Of a stretch of 64,000 bases of DNA, positions 38,520 through 46,864 are shown piece after piece. Made by a program: the position numbers and the translations under genes. Location: NCBI GenBank assembly GCA_964405015.1, contig CAYOME010000001.1:10943-74942 (forward strand), written 5' to 3'. The notes below the pieces were generated by a model that saw only the letters and a program-made list of their open reading frames with translations, ran no database searches and was not told where the DNA came from. Position 1 is the first letter of the stretch. Every line of letters begins with the position of its first letter. The stretch is from an uncultured Candidatus Saccharibacteria bacterium (GTDB lineage Bacteria > Patescibacteriota > Dojkabacteria > SC72).

Positions 38520-41500
38520 ATGGATAAAAGTATAGTTACTAAGTATAGAATTAAGAAGGTACTTAAGGTATTTAGTATAACTCTTTTAATTCTCTTTCTT
38601 TCCATAATTGTATTTGGATATATAAGAACAATACCAAGAGATATTAAGGTATCAAACCTTTCATCTAGTTCATTTACTGTGAGTTGGAATACAAGATTTG
38701 CAACAAACGGTTCAGTTTTTGTAATAGATGAAAAGAACAAATTACCTCTTGGTATATTAGGTATTGGTAAGAAATTGTTTAATGATACAAGGGATGTAAG
38801 AGCTTCGGAGATTATGGCCACTTATGAGACTGCTAACAAGATATATGAGAAGAATTCTGTAGGTATATATATAGATGATTTTGTTACTGAGAGAAGTATT
38901 ACAAATAGAGGATCATATTTTACTCATCATGTAGAAGTTAAAGGTTTAGATCCAGAGTCAGAATATAGCCTAATGATAGGGGATGGAATTTTCTTTTACA
39001 ATTTAAATATTGTAAACAATGAGATCAGTATTAATACTGATAATATTGCAGAGAATATCTCTACTCCTGTACCTGCATATGGAAGGATAGAAGATGCTAA
39101 CAATGAAGAGAAAACAATAGAAGAATTAGATCCTGTTGAGGATGCTGTTGTATATATCAACTATTTTGATGAAACTACGGGAGAAAGAAGTAATGTGTTT
39201 TCCAGCTCTGTAAATGAGAATGGTGCTTGGTATATAGATCTTTCTACGGCAGTAGATAAGGATGGTAATAATTTTGTTGAAACATACTCTAAACAAATTA
39301 CAAATATTGAAATGGAGTTAGCTATTGATGCAGGACCCTTAGGTAAATGGGAAAGAAGAATATCTCCTGAAACTAGTTCTCCTTTAGAAACATTGGTATT
39401 AAATATCCCTGGTGCTTCATATGGTGATGATATTCCAGATGTTCTACATCGTACAGATATGCCTTCTGATAGTACTTTTGTAAAGGGTGTTAGTGCTTTG
39501 GAGGATGGTTGTAAACAGATTGGTTTTTGTAGTTGTGGTGTTAGACAGAATAATAGATGGGAAAACTGTGCTTGTGATGCCGATGTTATGGAGAGAAGGG
39601 GTTGTAATGGTCAAACAGATGCTCAGGCAGCTGCTCAATCAATCACCCCACAAGAAGCTTATAGAGAAACTTGTGCTGGTGGTGGGGTACAGGGAAGCAT
39701 GGTATATCATGGTACAAGTTGTCTTAAGTGTGATGATGGGAGATGGGTTCCTTCATCGGGTTGTGATACATCAAGGGGTGCAGCTATATATACCCCTACT
39801 GTGACCGAGACTAGAGAGGATGATGATTCGGTTATTAAAGAGAAAGAAGATGCACCAAATTTTTCCGATGAAGCTTTACGTAATAGGATCATTGTTGATA
39901 ATTGTAGGCCAGAAACTGTTGGGCGTTCCTGCAAGGTCGGTGATAATATCGGAACCTGTTTTGGTTCAGCCTATGGTTCATACACATGTCAAATTGGAGC
40001 AGAACCCATAATAGATGATTATAGTGACGACAAAAAAGAATCAAAAACAAGAACAAGAAAAGTAATTGTGAAGCCAAATGTAGAAACAAAAACATTCTGT
40101 ACAAATATAGACGAGAATATTGCTTTCGGATTTCTTGATTCAAATGGAAACTGTGTAAAATCAGAATTAACAATAAAGGATGTTCAAGGAGCCTCATGTA
40201 GAGGGGCTGATTTGCAAGTTCAAGTTTATGATAATTCGACTTTAAAAACTTATGAATGCAAAGATAATGAGCTAGTAGAAAGTTCTAAAAAAATAGATAA
40301 ATGTGATGAAGGCTCCTCATGTTTTGATAAGTGGCCGACATCTACATGTATAACTACCGAAGGCTTATTACTTGATTGTAATACTGTAACTGAAGAGGGT
40401 CTGTTTAAATGGGAAATAGAAGAAGGAGCTCAAGAGAGAGCCGCAATAAAAGTTGAACCAGTTGAAAAGGGGGCCGTTTGTGATGGTGATGCTGGTTGTT
40501 TCTGTTCTAATAAAGTAGGTGGGTATATTTCAGATGGAGAAACTTGTCCAGAGGTTCTTTTTTGTCGAAACTGGGGGCCATTAGGTAATACTGATGGTAA
40601 AAAGTGTGGAATGGAAGGAAATGTATGCTCTGGTTCAAAATGTGAACCTCAAGAAAAACTAGATCCGAATGATCCAAATAATGGATCGGCTTTAATACCA
40701 AGGGTAATTGCCCAGGAAGTAGAAGAACAAAAAGAAACTGAATATCTTATTGATCAAACATCTGGAAAAATCTTAGGGATTACTCCCGGTGTATATACAA
40801 TTATGGATGGTGATGAAATATATATGTTTACTATCAAGGAAAAAGACATTACCGGTGAAAAAGGAGATATCTTGATATATATTGACTCAAATCGGGACGG
40901 TGTCTTTACTGAAGGGACCGATAAAAAGATTTCAGATTTTGGATCAACAATAAAAATAAATTCTGTAAGTCAAACATTTAAATACAATTTAAAAGCTGGA
41001 TATAATTTTGTAACATTCCCTTTCCTTATCGATGATCATACTGCTCGATCAGCAGCTGGATTGATAGATATGATAAATTTTCAATATGAAGACGCACTAT
41101 TCTCAATTGCAAAATATGATGGAACATGGAAAGTAGTAGGAGGTAATGGAGATACATATGACGCTAATGATTTCCAATTAGTACCAGGGCAAGGATATAT
41201 ATTAAAAGCTAAAAGGAATTTAGAAATCTCTGTCATTGGTAAACCAGTCAAGTTAGACACAACAACAGACAGTGCACCTATCTCCCTCTTCCCAGGATGG
41301 AACTTAATAGGTACATATGGGAGTAATGTAAAACAATATACAGCAAAGAGTCTAATACAGGGTATTAACTCATATGAACCAGTAGACTTTACAGCAGATA
41401 ACGTAAGTAGGTGGGAATCAGACGTACAAAGATATGATGGATTCCAAGTTACAAATGAGAATGGAATAGATATTGAGTATGGGTTTGATTTCCCTATTAA

Positions 41501-41567
41501 TACTTTACAATCCTACTTCGTAAGGATATTAAACGGAAGAGGGAACTGGCAACAGGAGGTTAAATAA
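38520..41567 (+). CDS. cysteine-rich cell-surface protein (1015 aa): N-terminal transmembrane anchor, FN3-like domain, Cys-rich core; paralog of 24542..26701
   Basis: Transmembrane segment VFSITLLILFLSIIVFGYI, then VSNLSSSSFTVSWNTRFATNGSV (FN3-like). More than 50 Cys occur in CxC/CxxC/CxxxC patterns over residues ~330-700. The C-terminal domain is shared with 24542..26701 (GYNFVTFPF...LFPGWNLIGT). Confidence 0.55.
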   Translation: MDKSIVTKYRIKKVLKVFSITLLILFLSIIVFGYIRTIPRDIKVSNLSSSSFTVSWNTRFATNGSVFVIDEKNKLPLGILGIGKKLFNDTRDVRASEIMATYETANKIYEKNSVGIYIDDFVTERSITNRGSYFTHHVEVKGLDPESEYSLMIGDGIFFYNLNIVNNEISINTDNIAENISTPVPAYGRIEDANNEEKTIEELDPVEDAVVYINYFDETTGERSNVFSSSVNENGAWYIDLSTAVDKDGNNFVETYSKQITNIEMELAIDAGPLGKWERRISPETSSPLETLVLNIPGASYGDDIPDVLHRTDMPSDSTFVKGVSALEDGCKQIGFCSCGVRQNNRWENCACDADVMERRGCNGQTDAQAAAQSITPQEAYRETCAGGGVQGSMVYHGTSCLKCDDGRWVPSSGCDTSRGAAIYTPTVTETREDDDSVIKEKEDAPNFSDEALRNRIIVDNCRPETVGRSCKVGDNIGTCFGSAYGSYTCQIGAEPIIDDYSDDKKESKTRTRKVIVKPNVETKTFCTNIDENIAFGFLDSNGNCVKSELTIKDVQGASCRGADLQVQVYDNSTLKTYECKDNELVESSKKIDKCDEGSSCFDKWPTSTCITTEGLLLDCNTVTEEGLFKWEIEEGAQERAAIKVEPVEKGAVCDGDAGCFCSNKVGGYISDGETCPEVLFCRNWGPLGNTDGKKCGMEGNVCSGSKCEPQEKLDPNDPNNGSALIPRVIAQEVEEQKETEYLIDQTSGKILGITPGVYTIMDGDEIYMFTIKEKDITGEKGDILIYIDSNRDGVFTEGTDKKISDFGSTIKINSVSQTFKYNLKAGYNFVTFPFLIDDHTARSAAGLIDMINFQYEDALFSIAKYDGTWKVVGGNGDTYDANDFQLVPGQGYILKAKRNLEISVIGKPVKLDTTTDSAPISLFPGWNLIGTYGSNVKQYTAKSLIQGINSYEPVDFTADNVSRWESDVQRYDGFQVTNENGIDIEYGFDFPINTLQSYFVRILNGRGNWQQEVK

Positions 41568-41592
41568 GGGTTGAATAAGGTATAAAAGAAAA

Positions 41593-41616
41593 GGGAGAGA
41601 TAACTCTCCCTTTTTT
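41593..41616. terminator. bidirectional rho-independent terminator
   Basis: aaaa-GGGAGAG-ataa-CTCTCCC-TTTTTT between the convergent genes 38520..41567 (+) and 41639..41995 (-). Confidence 0.65.
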
Positions 41617-41638
41617 AATATCCAATACTAAATGGAAA

Positions 41639-41995
41639 TTAATCTAAAGCACTCATAAGTTTTAATGCAAGATCTGATACTACTGGAACATCAAATCTCT
41701 CTCCCTTTGAGGTCTTAACAAGACCTACAACAAATGCAACGAATGCTGCTACTGATAGTAACCAACCAATTAATGGAATCCAAGCTACAAATATAACTAC
41801 ATTCATCATTCCAAACTGTGTAGCATGATATCTGACAAAAAGATCATCCTTTTCTACAAACATCATAATTAATCCCACAATTGGGATGCAAGAAACCATA
41901 GCCATAGTTTTGTTCTTCTCGTTGAACTTTATCTCTTCTAAGGTGTAAACCTTCTTGGCTTCTTTTTGCTCTGCCATTATATTAAAAATACTCAT
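41639..41995 (-). CDS. DUF4870/Tic20-like small membrane protein
   Basis: DDLFVRYHATQFGMMNVVIFVAWIPLIGWLL matches the D-x-F-V-R-F/Y-H-A-x-Q signature of Tic20-like/DUF4870 proteins; 3 transmembrane helices. Confidence 0.5.
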   Translation of the reverse strand: MSIFNIMAEQKEAKKVYTLEEIKFNEKNKTMAMVSCIPIVGLIMMFVEKDDLFVRYHATQFGMMNVVIFVAWIPLIGWLLSVAAFVAFVVGLVKTSKGERFDVPVVSDLALKLMSALD

Positions 41996-42038
41996 AATTT
42001 ATATATTTAAGTATATATTTATATAAATGATTTTACAA

Positions 42039-42105
42039 CGGTATACTATAAGTAGTTGCGGGGTATACCATCGGTGGTATACTAAATTAATAAATTGAGT
42101 ATACC
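42039..42105. promoter_or_regulatory. cluster of GTATAC-containing inverted repeats: candidate LexA operator(s)
   Basis: cGGTATACt (42039-42047). A perfect inverted repeat GTATACCA-tcgg-TGGTATAC at 42063-42082. GTATACC at 42099-42105, 7 nt before the lexA ATG. The same short region is shared with the divergent DUF4870 gene. Confidence 0.4.
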
Positions 42106-42111
42106 TAATGT

Positions 42112-42765
42112 ATGGACGATAAATTAACTGAGAAGCAGGACAGGGTATTGAGAGTTATTAGAGATTTCTATCTTGAAAATGGTAAATCTCCATCTTTAAC
42201 GGAACTCCAAGGTATGCTTAGTATATCTACGAAAAGGGGTGTAGTCAGTCACCTAGAAGCTCTAGAAAAGAAAGGTTTTATAATTCGTACCAGTGAACCA
42301 AGAGGTATTCAAATCGTCGAGGAATCAGAATCAGATATGATCTATGAGTATCTAGTAGGTATACCAATTTTAGGGTACGCTAATGCTGGTACTCCTTTAG
42401 TACTTGCAGAGGAACAAAACCTTGGTATCCTTCAGCTTGATAGGAGTTTAATTGGTAAAAAGGATGGTCTTTTCTCATTAATAGTTAAAGGTGATTCCAT
42501 GAATATGAGAGAGATCGATGGTCAAAATATTCAAGAGGGACAATATTTGATTGTTCAGAGAGATGTGGAATTTGAAGATGGCGATGTTGTATTGGCTATT
42601 GTTGATGGTGCAGCTACGGTTAAAAACATTAAACGAAGTGAGGATATGGTAATACTGTACCCACAATCTAGTAATCCAATACATAAGCCAATATATTTGG
42701 ATATCAATAGTAATTCAATGATTAATGGTAAGGTTATCAAGGTCCTGGACAATCCAAATACTTAA
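42112..42765 (+). CDS. lexA: LexA repressor (S24 peptidase)
   Basis: N-terminal winged HTH (LTELQGMLSISTKRGVVSHLEALEKKGFI), Ala-Gly cleavage site in GYANAGTP, Ser nucleophile in GDSMNM and Lys in VKNIKRSE. Confidence 0.9.
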   Translation: MDDKLTEKQDRVLRVIRDFYLENGKSPSLTELQGMLSISTKRGVVSHLEALEKKGFIIRTSEPRGIQIVEESESDMIYEYLVGIPILGYANAGTPLVLAEEQNLGILQLDRSLIGKKDGLFSLIVKGDSMNMREIDGQNIQEGQYLIVQRDVEFEDGDVVLAIVDGAATVKNIKRSEDMVILYPQSSNPIHKPIYLDINSNSMINGKVIKVLDNPNT

Positions 42766-42766
42766 T

Positions 42767-43462
42767 CTATTCCCTTATCTCAACATCCTTAACATATTTT
42801 TTTATAATCTTTTTAAAGGCTTGTAATTCCTTAGGAGTAAATGAATTCGAGTTATTTAGACTTGGGTCAATGGTTTTACCTGGTCTAAAATTCTGTATGT
42901 AATATCTTTTAGCACCCTCTATTAGCTCCCCTATACCTTCTGCTGATTTTAGAGTATGTATACCTTTTACATATGTAGTTCTAAATTCATAGTCATTTCC
43001 TCTCTCTTTTATTAACCTAATACTCTTCTTAATATCTTCATACTTAACATTCTTTTCAAGATTCTGAATATACAACTCTTCTTCATATTTAATATCCATA
43101 GCCCAATAGTCAATGATATTTAAATCTAGAAGATCTTTTACAACACCTGGATTACTACCATTGGTATCCAATTTAACTAAAAATCCTAGACTCTTAACTT
43201 TCTTTATAAAAGGAATTAGATCAGATTGAATAGTAGGTTCACCACCAGTAATTACAATTGCATCCAAGAGATTACCTCTCTTCTTTAAGTATTCAAAAAT
43301 ATATTCTTCTTTAAGTATATTCTCTTGAACACACGGTAAAGTAACTAATTCAGGGTTATGGCAATACCCACATCTAAGGTTACAGCCATATGTAAATATT
43401 AAGGCCGCAACCTTACCAGGGTAATCTAAAAGAGTAGATTTTTGAAAACCAGAGATTAGCAT
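42767..43462 (-). CDS. nrdG: anaerobic ribonucleoside-triphosphate reductase activating protein (radical SAM)
   Basis: LLDYPGKVAALIFTYGCNLRCGYCHNPELV (CxxxCxxC) and VITGGEPTIQ. Confidence 0.9.
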   Translation of the reverse strand: MLISGFQKSTLLDYPGKVAALIFTYGCNLRCGYCHNPELVTLPCVQENILKEEYIFEYLKKRGNLLDAIVITGGEPTIQSDLIPFIKKVKSLGFLVKLDTNGSNPGVVKDLLDLNIIDYWAMDIKYEEELYIQNLEKNVKYEDIKKSIRLIKERGNDYEFRTTYVKGIHTLKSAEGIGELIEGAKRYYIQNFRPGKTIDPSLNNSNSFTPKELQAFKKIIKKYVKDVEIRE

Positions 43463-43602
43463 TAAGAATTGAATGTAACCCTGTCACTGTATTCTGATTG
43501 TTTTCCAGAATTCCATTGATTTACAGGTCTGTAATATCCAACAACTCTTGAGTATACCTCGCATCTTTGTCTAGTAACTACTTGTTTTTGCTTTTTTGTC
43601 AT
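43462..43602 (-). CDS. stand-alone glycyl-radical domain of anaerobic RNR (46 aa), not in ORF track
   Basis: Own translation: MTKKQKQVVTRQRCEVYSRVVGYYRPVNQWNSGKQSEYSDRVTFNS. RVVGY...N-GKQ-E...R matches the NrdD C-terminal glycyl radical segment. The stop TAA overlaps the nrdG ATG (TAATG). The start is 20 nt after the nrdD stop, in a different frame. Confidence 0.6.
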   Translation of the reverse strand: MTKKQKQVVTRQRCEVYSRVVGYYRPVNQWNSGKQSEYSDRVTFNS

Positions 43603-43622
43603 AGCAGGGGACAGTAAAAATA

Positions 43623-45674
43623 TTAAATAGTTTCATTAAACTCCATACCATCTATATACCCAGATTCAGCATCACACTTGGGACAGTAAATATGCTCACC
43701 AGCAATATATCCGTGTTTTGGACATACACTGAATGTAGGGGTAATAGAGAAGTAGGGAAGCTTGTAATTTTGCGCAACCTTTCTAACAAAACTCTTTACA
43801 CTATTAACAGAGGGCATTCTTTCACCTAAGAATATATGTAATACAGTACCACCAGTATATTTACATTGGAAATCATCCTGCTTATCCAAAGCCTCAAATA
43901 CATCATCTGTAAAACCAACAGGTAATTGAGAAGAGTTTGTATAATATGGGGCAGAACCCTTCTTCATACCAATATCAGATGCTGCAATTATCTCATCACC
44001 AAACTTAGCTTTATCAGCTTTTGCAAACCTGTATGTAGTACTCTCACCTGGAGTGGCTTCTAGATTAAACAATTGATTGTATTCAATCTGATACGTCATT
44101 AATTTCTCTCTCATGAAATCCATAACCTTAAGACCAAACTCTCTACCTTCATCTGAAGTAATATCTTTACCCATGAAATTCACCAAGGCTTCGTTTAATC
44201 CTAGGATACCAATGGTATTAAAATGATTCTTAAAATATTCACCAAACCTTTCCTTAACATCAGCCAGGTAAAATTTAGAATATGGATACAAACCCATCTC
44301 CATGTATTTCTCAATATTCGCACGTTTGATAACTAGACTCTCCTTAGCTATCTCCATCAGATCCTCTAATCTTTTAAAGAAATCATTCTCATCTTTTGCT
44401 AAATATCCAATTCTAGGCATATTAATTGTTACAACACCAATACTACCAGTAAGAGGATTTGCACCAAACAAACCACCACCTCTTTTTCTTAACTCTCGGT
44501 TATCCAGTCTTAATCTACAACACATAGATCTAGCATCATCAGGACTCATATCCGAATTGATGAAATTAGAGAAGTAAGGAATACCATACTTAGCAGTCAT
44601 TTCCCACAACGGTTTGTATTTAGGACTATCCCAATCGAAATCTTTAGTTAAGTTGTATGTAGGAATAGGGTAAGAGAAAAGTCTACCTTGAGCATCACCT
44701 TGCATCATTACTTCACAAAATGCCCTGTTTAGCATATCCATCTCCTTTTGAAAATCACTGTATTTCTCCTTCTGAGGCTTACCTCCAATGATTACATTCT
44801 CTTTTGCCAACATACCACTTGCAATCAAATCCATAGTGATGTTAGTGAAAGGAGTCTGACAACCAACTCTAGTTGGAACATTCATATTAAAGAGGAACTC
44901 TTGAATATTCTGCTTTACCTGTTTGTATGTAAGCTTGTCATATCTAATGAAAGGAGCAAGTAAAGTATCAAAGCTAGAAAAAGCTTGAGCACCAGCAGCC
45001 TCATGTTGAAGGGTATATAGGTAGTTAACACACTGTCCCAATGCAGTGCCAAAATGCTTTGCAGGACCAGAAGAGATCTTTCCAGGTACACCTGTAAAAC
45101 CTTTAAGAAGTAGATCCTTTAAATCCCAACCACAACAGTACGTAGCTAACATACCCAAATCATGAATATGTAAATCAGCATTAATATGTGCATTAGAAAC
45201 ATGCTTAGGATATATGGTATACAACCAGTAATTAGCTTGAACAGAAGAAGAGATATGATTGTTTAATCCTTGCCAGGAGTATGCCATATTACTATTCTCT
45301 TTGACTCTCCAATCCTCCTCTTTTATATATCCCTTAACTAAAGACTCTGCATCAATCAAAGACTTAATATTTTTAACCTTGTTCTTTAAATCAACAAACA
45401 ATTCAAAAGCAACAGCTGTTTTACCATGCCCCATATCTTTAAGAGCCTCTTTTACGGTTTTAGCAATATCATCTGTAGATACATATGTCTCTTCGCTATG
45501 CTTACTTGCAAGCCTTTTAACTACCTCATCAGATACTTCCTTAGCTCTTTCCCTATCATTTCCACCTACACTCTCTGCAGCTTTGAAAACTCCAGTAGTA
45601 ATTCTTTCTTGGTCAAATTCGACTAAACGACCATCTCTTTTCTTTACTTTGAACTGTATACCCTTGCTAGCCAT
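43623..45674 (-). CDS. nrdD: anaerobic ribonucleoside-triphosphate reductase catalytic subunit (class III), ATP-cone + core + C-terminal Zn ribbon, apparently lacking its own glycyl radical motif
   Basis: ATP-cone (KVKKRDGRLVEFDQERI). Core motifs CCRLRLDNRELRKRGGGLFGANPLTGSIGVVTINMPRIGY. C-terminal ...SVCPKHGYIAGEHIYCPKCDAESGYIDGMEFNETI* ends 15 aa after the second Cys pair. Confidence 0.9.
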   Translation of the reverse strand: MASKGIQFKVKKRDGRLVEFDQERITTGVFKAAESVGGNDRERAKEVSDEVVKRLASKHSEETYVSTDDIAKTVKEALKDMGHGKTAVAFELFVDLKNKVKNIKSLIDAESLVKGYIKEEDWRVKENSNMAYSWQGLNNHISSSVQANYWLYTIYPKHVSNAHINADLHIHDLGMLATYCCGWDLKDLLLKGFTGVPGKISSGPAKHFGTALGQCVNYLYTLQHEAAGAQAFSSFDTLLAPFIRYDKLTYKQVKQNIQEFLFNMNVPTRVGCQTPFTNITMDLIASGMLAKENVIIGGKPQKEKYSDFQKEMDMLNRAFCEVMMQGDAQGRLFSYPIPTYNLTKDFDWDSPKYKPLWEMTAKYGIPYFSNFINSDMSPDDARSMCCRLRLDNRELRKRGGGLFGANPLTGSIGVVTINMPRIGYLAKDENDFFKRLEDLMEIAKESLVIKRANIEKYMEMGLYPYSKFYLADVKERFGEYFKNHFNTIGILGLNEALVNFMGKDITSDEGREFGLKVMDFMREKLMTYQIEYNQLFNLEATPGESTTYRFAKADKAKFGDEIIAASDIGMKKGSAPYYTNSSQLPVGFTDDVFEALDKQDDFQCKYTGGTVLHIFLGERMPSVNSVKSFVRKVAQNYKLPYFSITPTFSVCPKHGYIAGEHIYCPKCDAESGYIDGMEFNETI

Positions 45675-45686
45675 TGCAGTATTTCT

Positions 45687-46139
45687 TTAAATTAAATCTT
45701 CTAGTTCTTTCTTTAAGTCATTAAGTGTCTCAAAGTCTTTGTATACACTAGCAAACCTCATATATGCTAATGGATCCAATTCTCTTAGCCACTCAAGTAC
45801 CATATTTCCAATATCTGTAGTTGTAAGAGGGTTAGAGCTAACCATTACTTTTCGTTCTACTTCCTCACAAAAGGTATCAATCTCATCTTCAGTTATTCGA
45901 TCAAGATTAACAGCCTTCTTTATACCCTTTTTGAGTTTCTCACAATCAAAATTTTCTAAAGAGCCATCCTTTTTCGCAATTACAATATCTACTTTCTCTA
46001 TCCTTTCATATGTTGTATATCTTCTACCACATCTTAAACATTGCCTCCTCCTTCTAGTAGAGAAGTCATCCGTATTATCTCTTTTGTCTACAACCTTAGA
46101 GGTTGTACATGCACAGTAGGGACATCTCATTAAACACAA
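45687..46139 (-). CDS. nrdR: transcriptional repressor NrdR
   Basis: MRCPYCACTTSKVVDKRD...RRRQCLRCGRRYTTYE Zn ribbon, then an ATP-cone (IAKKDGSLENFDCEKLKKGI). Confidence 0.9.
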   Translation of the reverse strand: MCLMRCPYCACTTSKVVDKRDNTDDFSTRRRRQCLRCGRRYTTYERIEKVDIVIAKKDGSLENFDCEKLKKGIKKAVNLDRITEDEIDTFCEEVERKVMVSSNPLTTTDIGNMVLEWLRELDPLAYMRFASVYKDFETLNDLKKELEDLI

Positions 46140-46354
46140 TATGTTGTAGTTAGTAATCTAAGCTACCGCAGTGGGTTGTGTCCGTCAACGGCCTGTAGTC
46201 GTCAAGTTTAGAGTTATACCCCACAATACGTTGTATTTAGTCCAGGAGGGTACTACTACAGGTTGAGATATGGGGATATATAGGGTGGATTACAAATTGT
46301 TGACACAGAGATATTCATCTGATTAAATCTAGACTAACGTTATCAAAAATATCT

Positions 46355-46864
46355 ATGATCATTTCATTAGAAGATTTTCCCAAATTAAAAGAAACTACAC
46401 TAAAAGGTAAGACCATAGTGTGTACTTCAGGATATTTCGACCCTATACACCCTGGCCATATATCATGCCTTTTAGAATCTAAAAAATTTGGAGATGTATT
46501 AATAGTTATTCTTGACGGAGATACAAGATGTATTAACAAAAAGGGTAAACCATTTATACCTGCTAAAGACAGGGCAGACATTGTAGATGCTATAAAAGGT
46601 GTAGACTATGTTGTAGTACACGAAAATCCAAAGGCCACTAACTGCGCAGAAGTATTAGAAGTCATTAAACCTGAAGTATTTACCAAAGGAGGTGATAGAA
46701 ATGACAAAGATAGGAATGATCCTAATAGTGGATTAAAGGTAGAAGCAGACCTTATTGAATCTTACGGTGGACGTATAGAGTATGGAGTAGGTAAAGAAAA
46801 GGTATGGTCAAGCTCCAACTATCTACAAGAGTGGGTCGATTTTGTTAATTCAAAAAGTAATTAA
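46355..46864 (+). CDS. cytidylyltransferase-fold nucleotidyltransferase (RfaE domain II / HldE adenylyltransferase-like)
   Basis: TSGYFDPIHPGHISCLLESKKFGDVLIVILDGD...KDRADIVDAIKGVDYVV...KGGD fits the (H/T)xGH nucleotidyltransferase signature and layout of ADP-heptose synthase domain II. Confidence 0.6.
   Translation: MIISLEDFPKLKETTLKGKTIVCTSGYFDPIHPGHISCLLESKKFGDVLIVILDGDTRCINKKGKPFIPAKDRADIVDAIKGVDYVVVHENPKATNCAEVLEVIKPEVFTKGGDRNDKDRNDPNSGLKVEADLIESYGGRIEYGVGKEKVWSSSNYLQEWVDFVNSKSN

Noticed and set aside
38501-38821. Minus-strand 106-aa ORF overlapping the start of 38520..41567
   Set aside because: It is antisense to the N-terminal transmembrane/FN3 region of a well-supported plus-strand gene and has no motifs.
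43623-45674. Calling nrdD a pseudogene
   Set aside because: The 683-aa frame is intact through all catalytic-core motifs and the Zn ribbon. The missing radical segment is supplied by the adjacent mini-ORF with translational coupling to nrdG, so a functional split is at least as likely as decay.
46140-46354. Cobalamin or other known riboswitch upstream of the nrd operon
   Set aside because: No B12-box (GCCACTG) or other recognisable riboswitch core is present, and the RNR is class III (B12-independent). It is left as an unassigned structured region.
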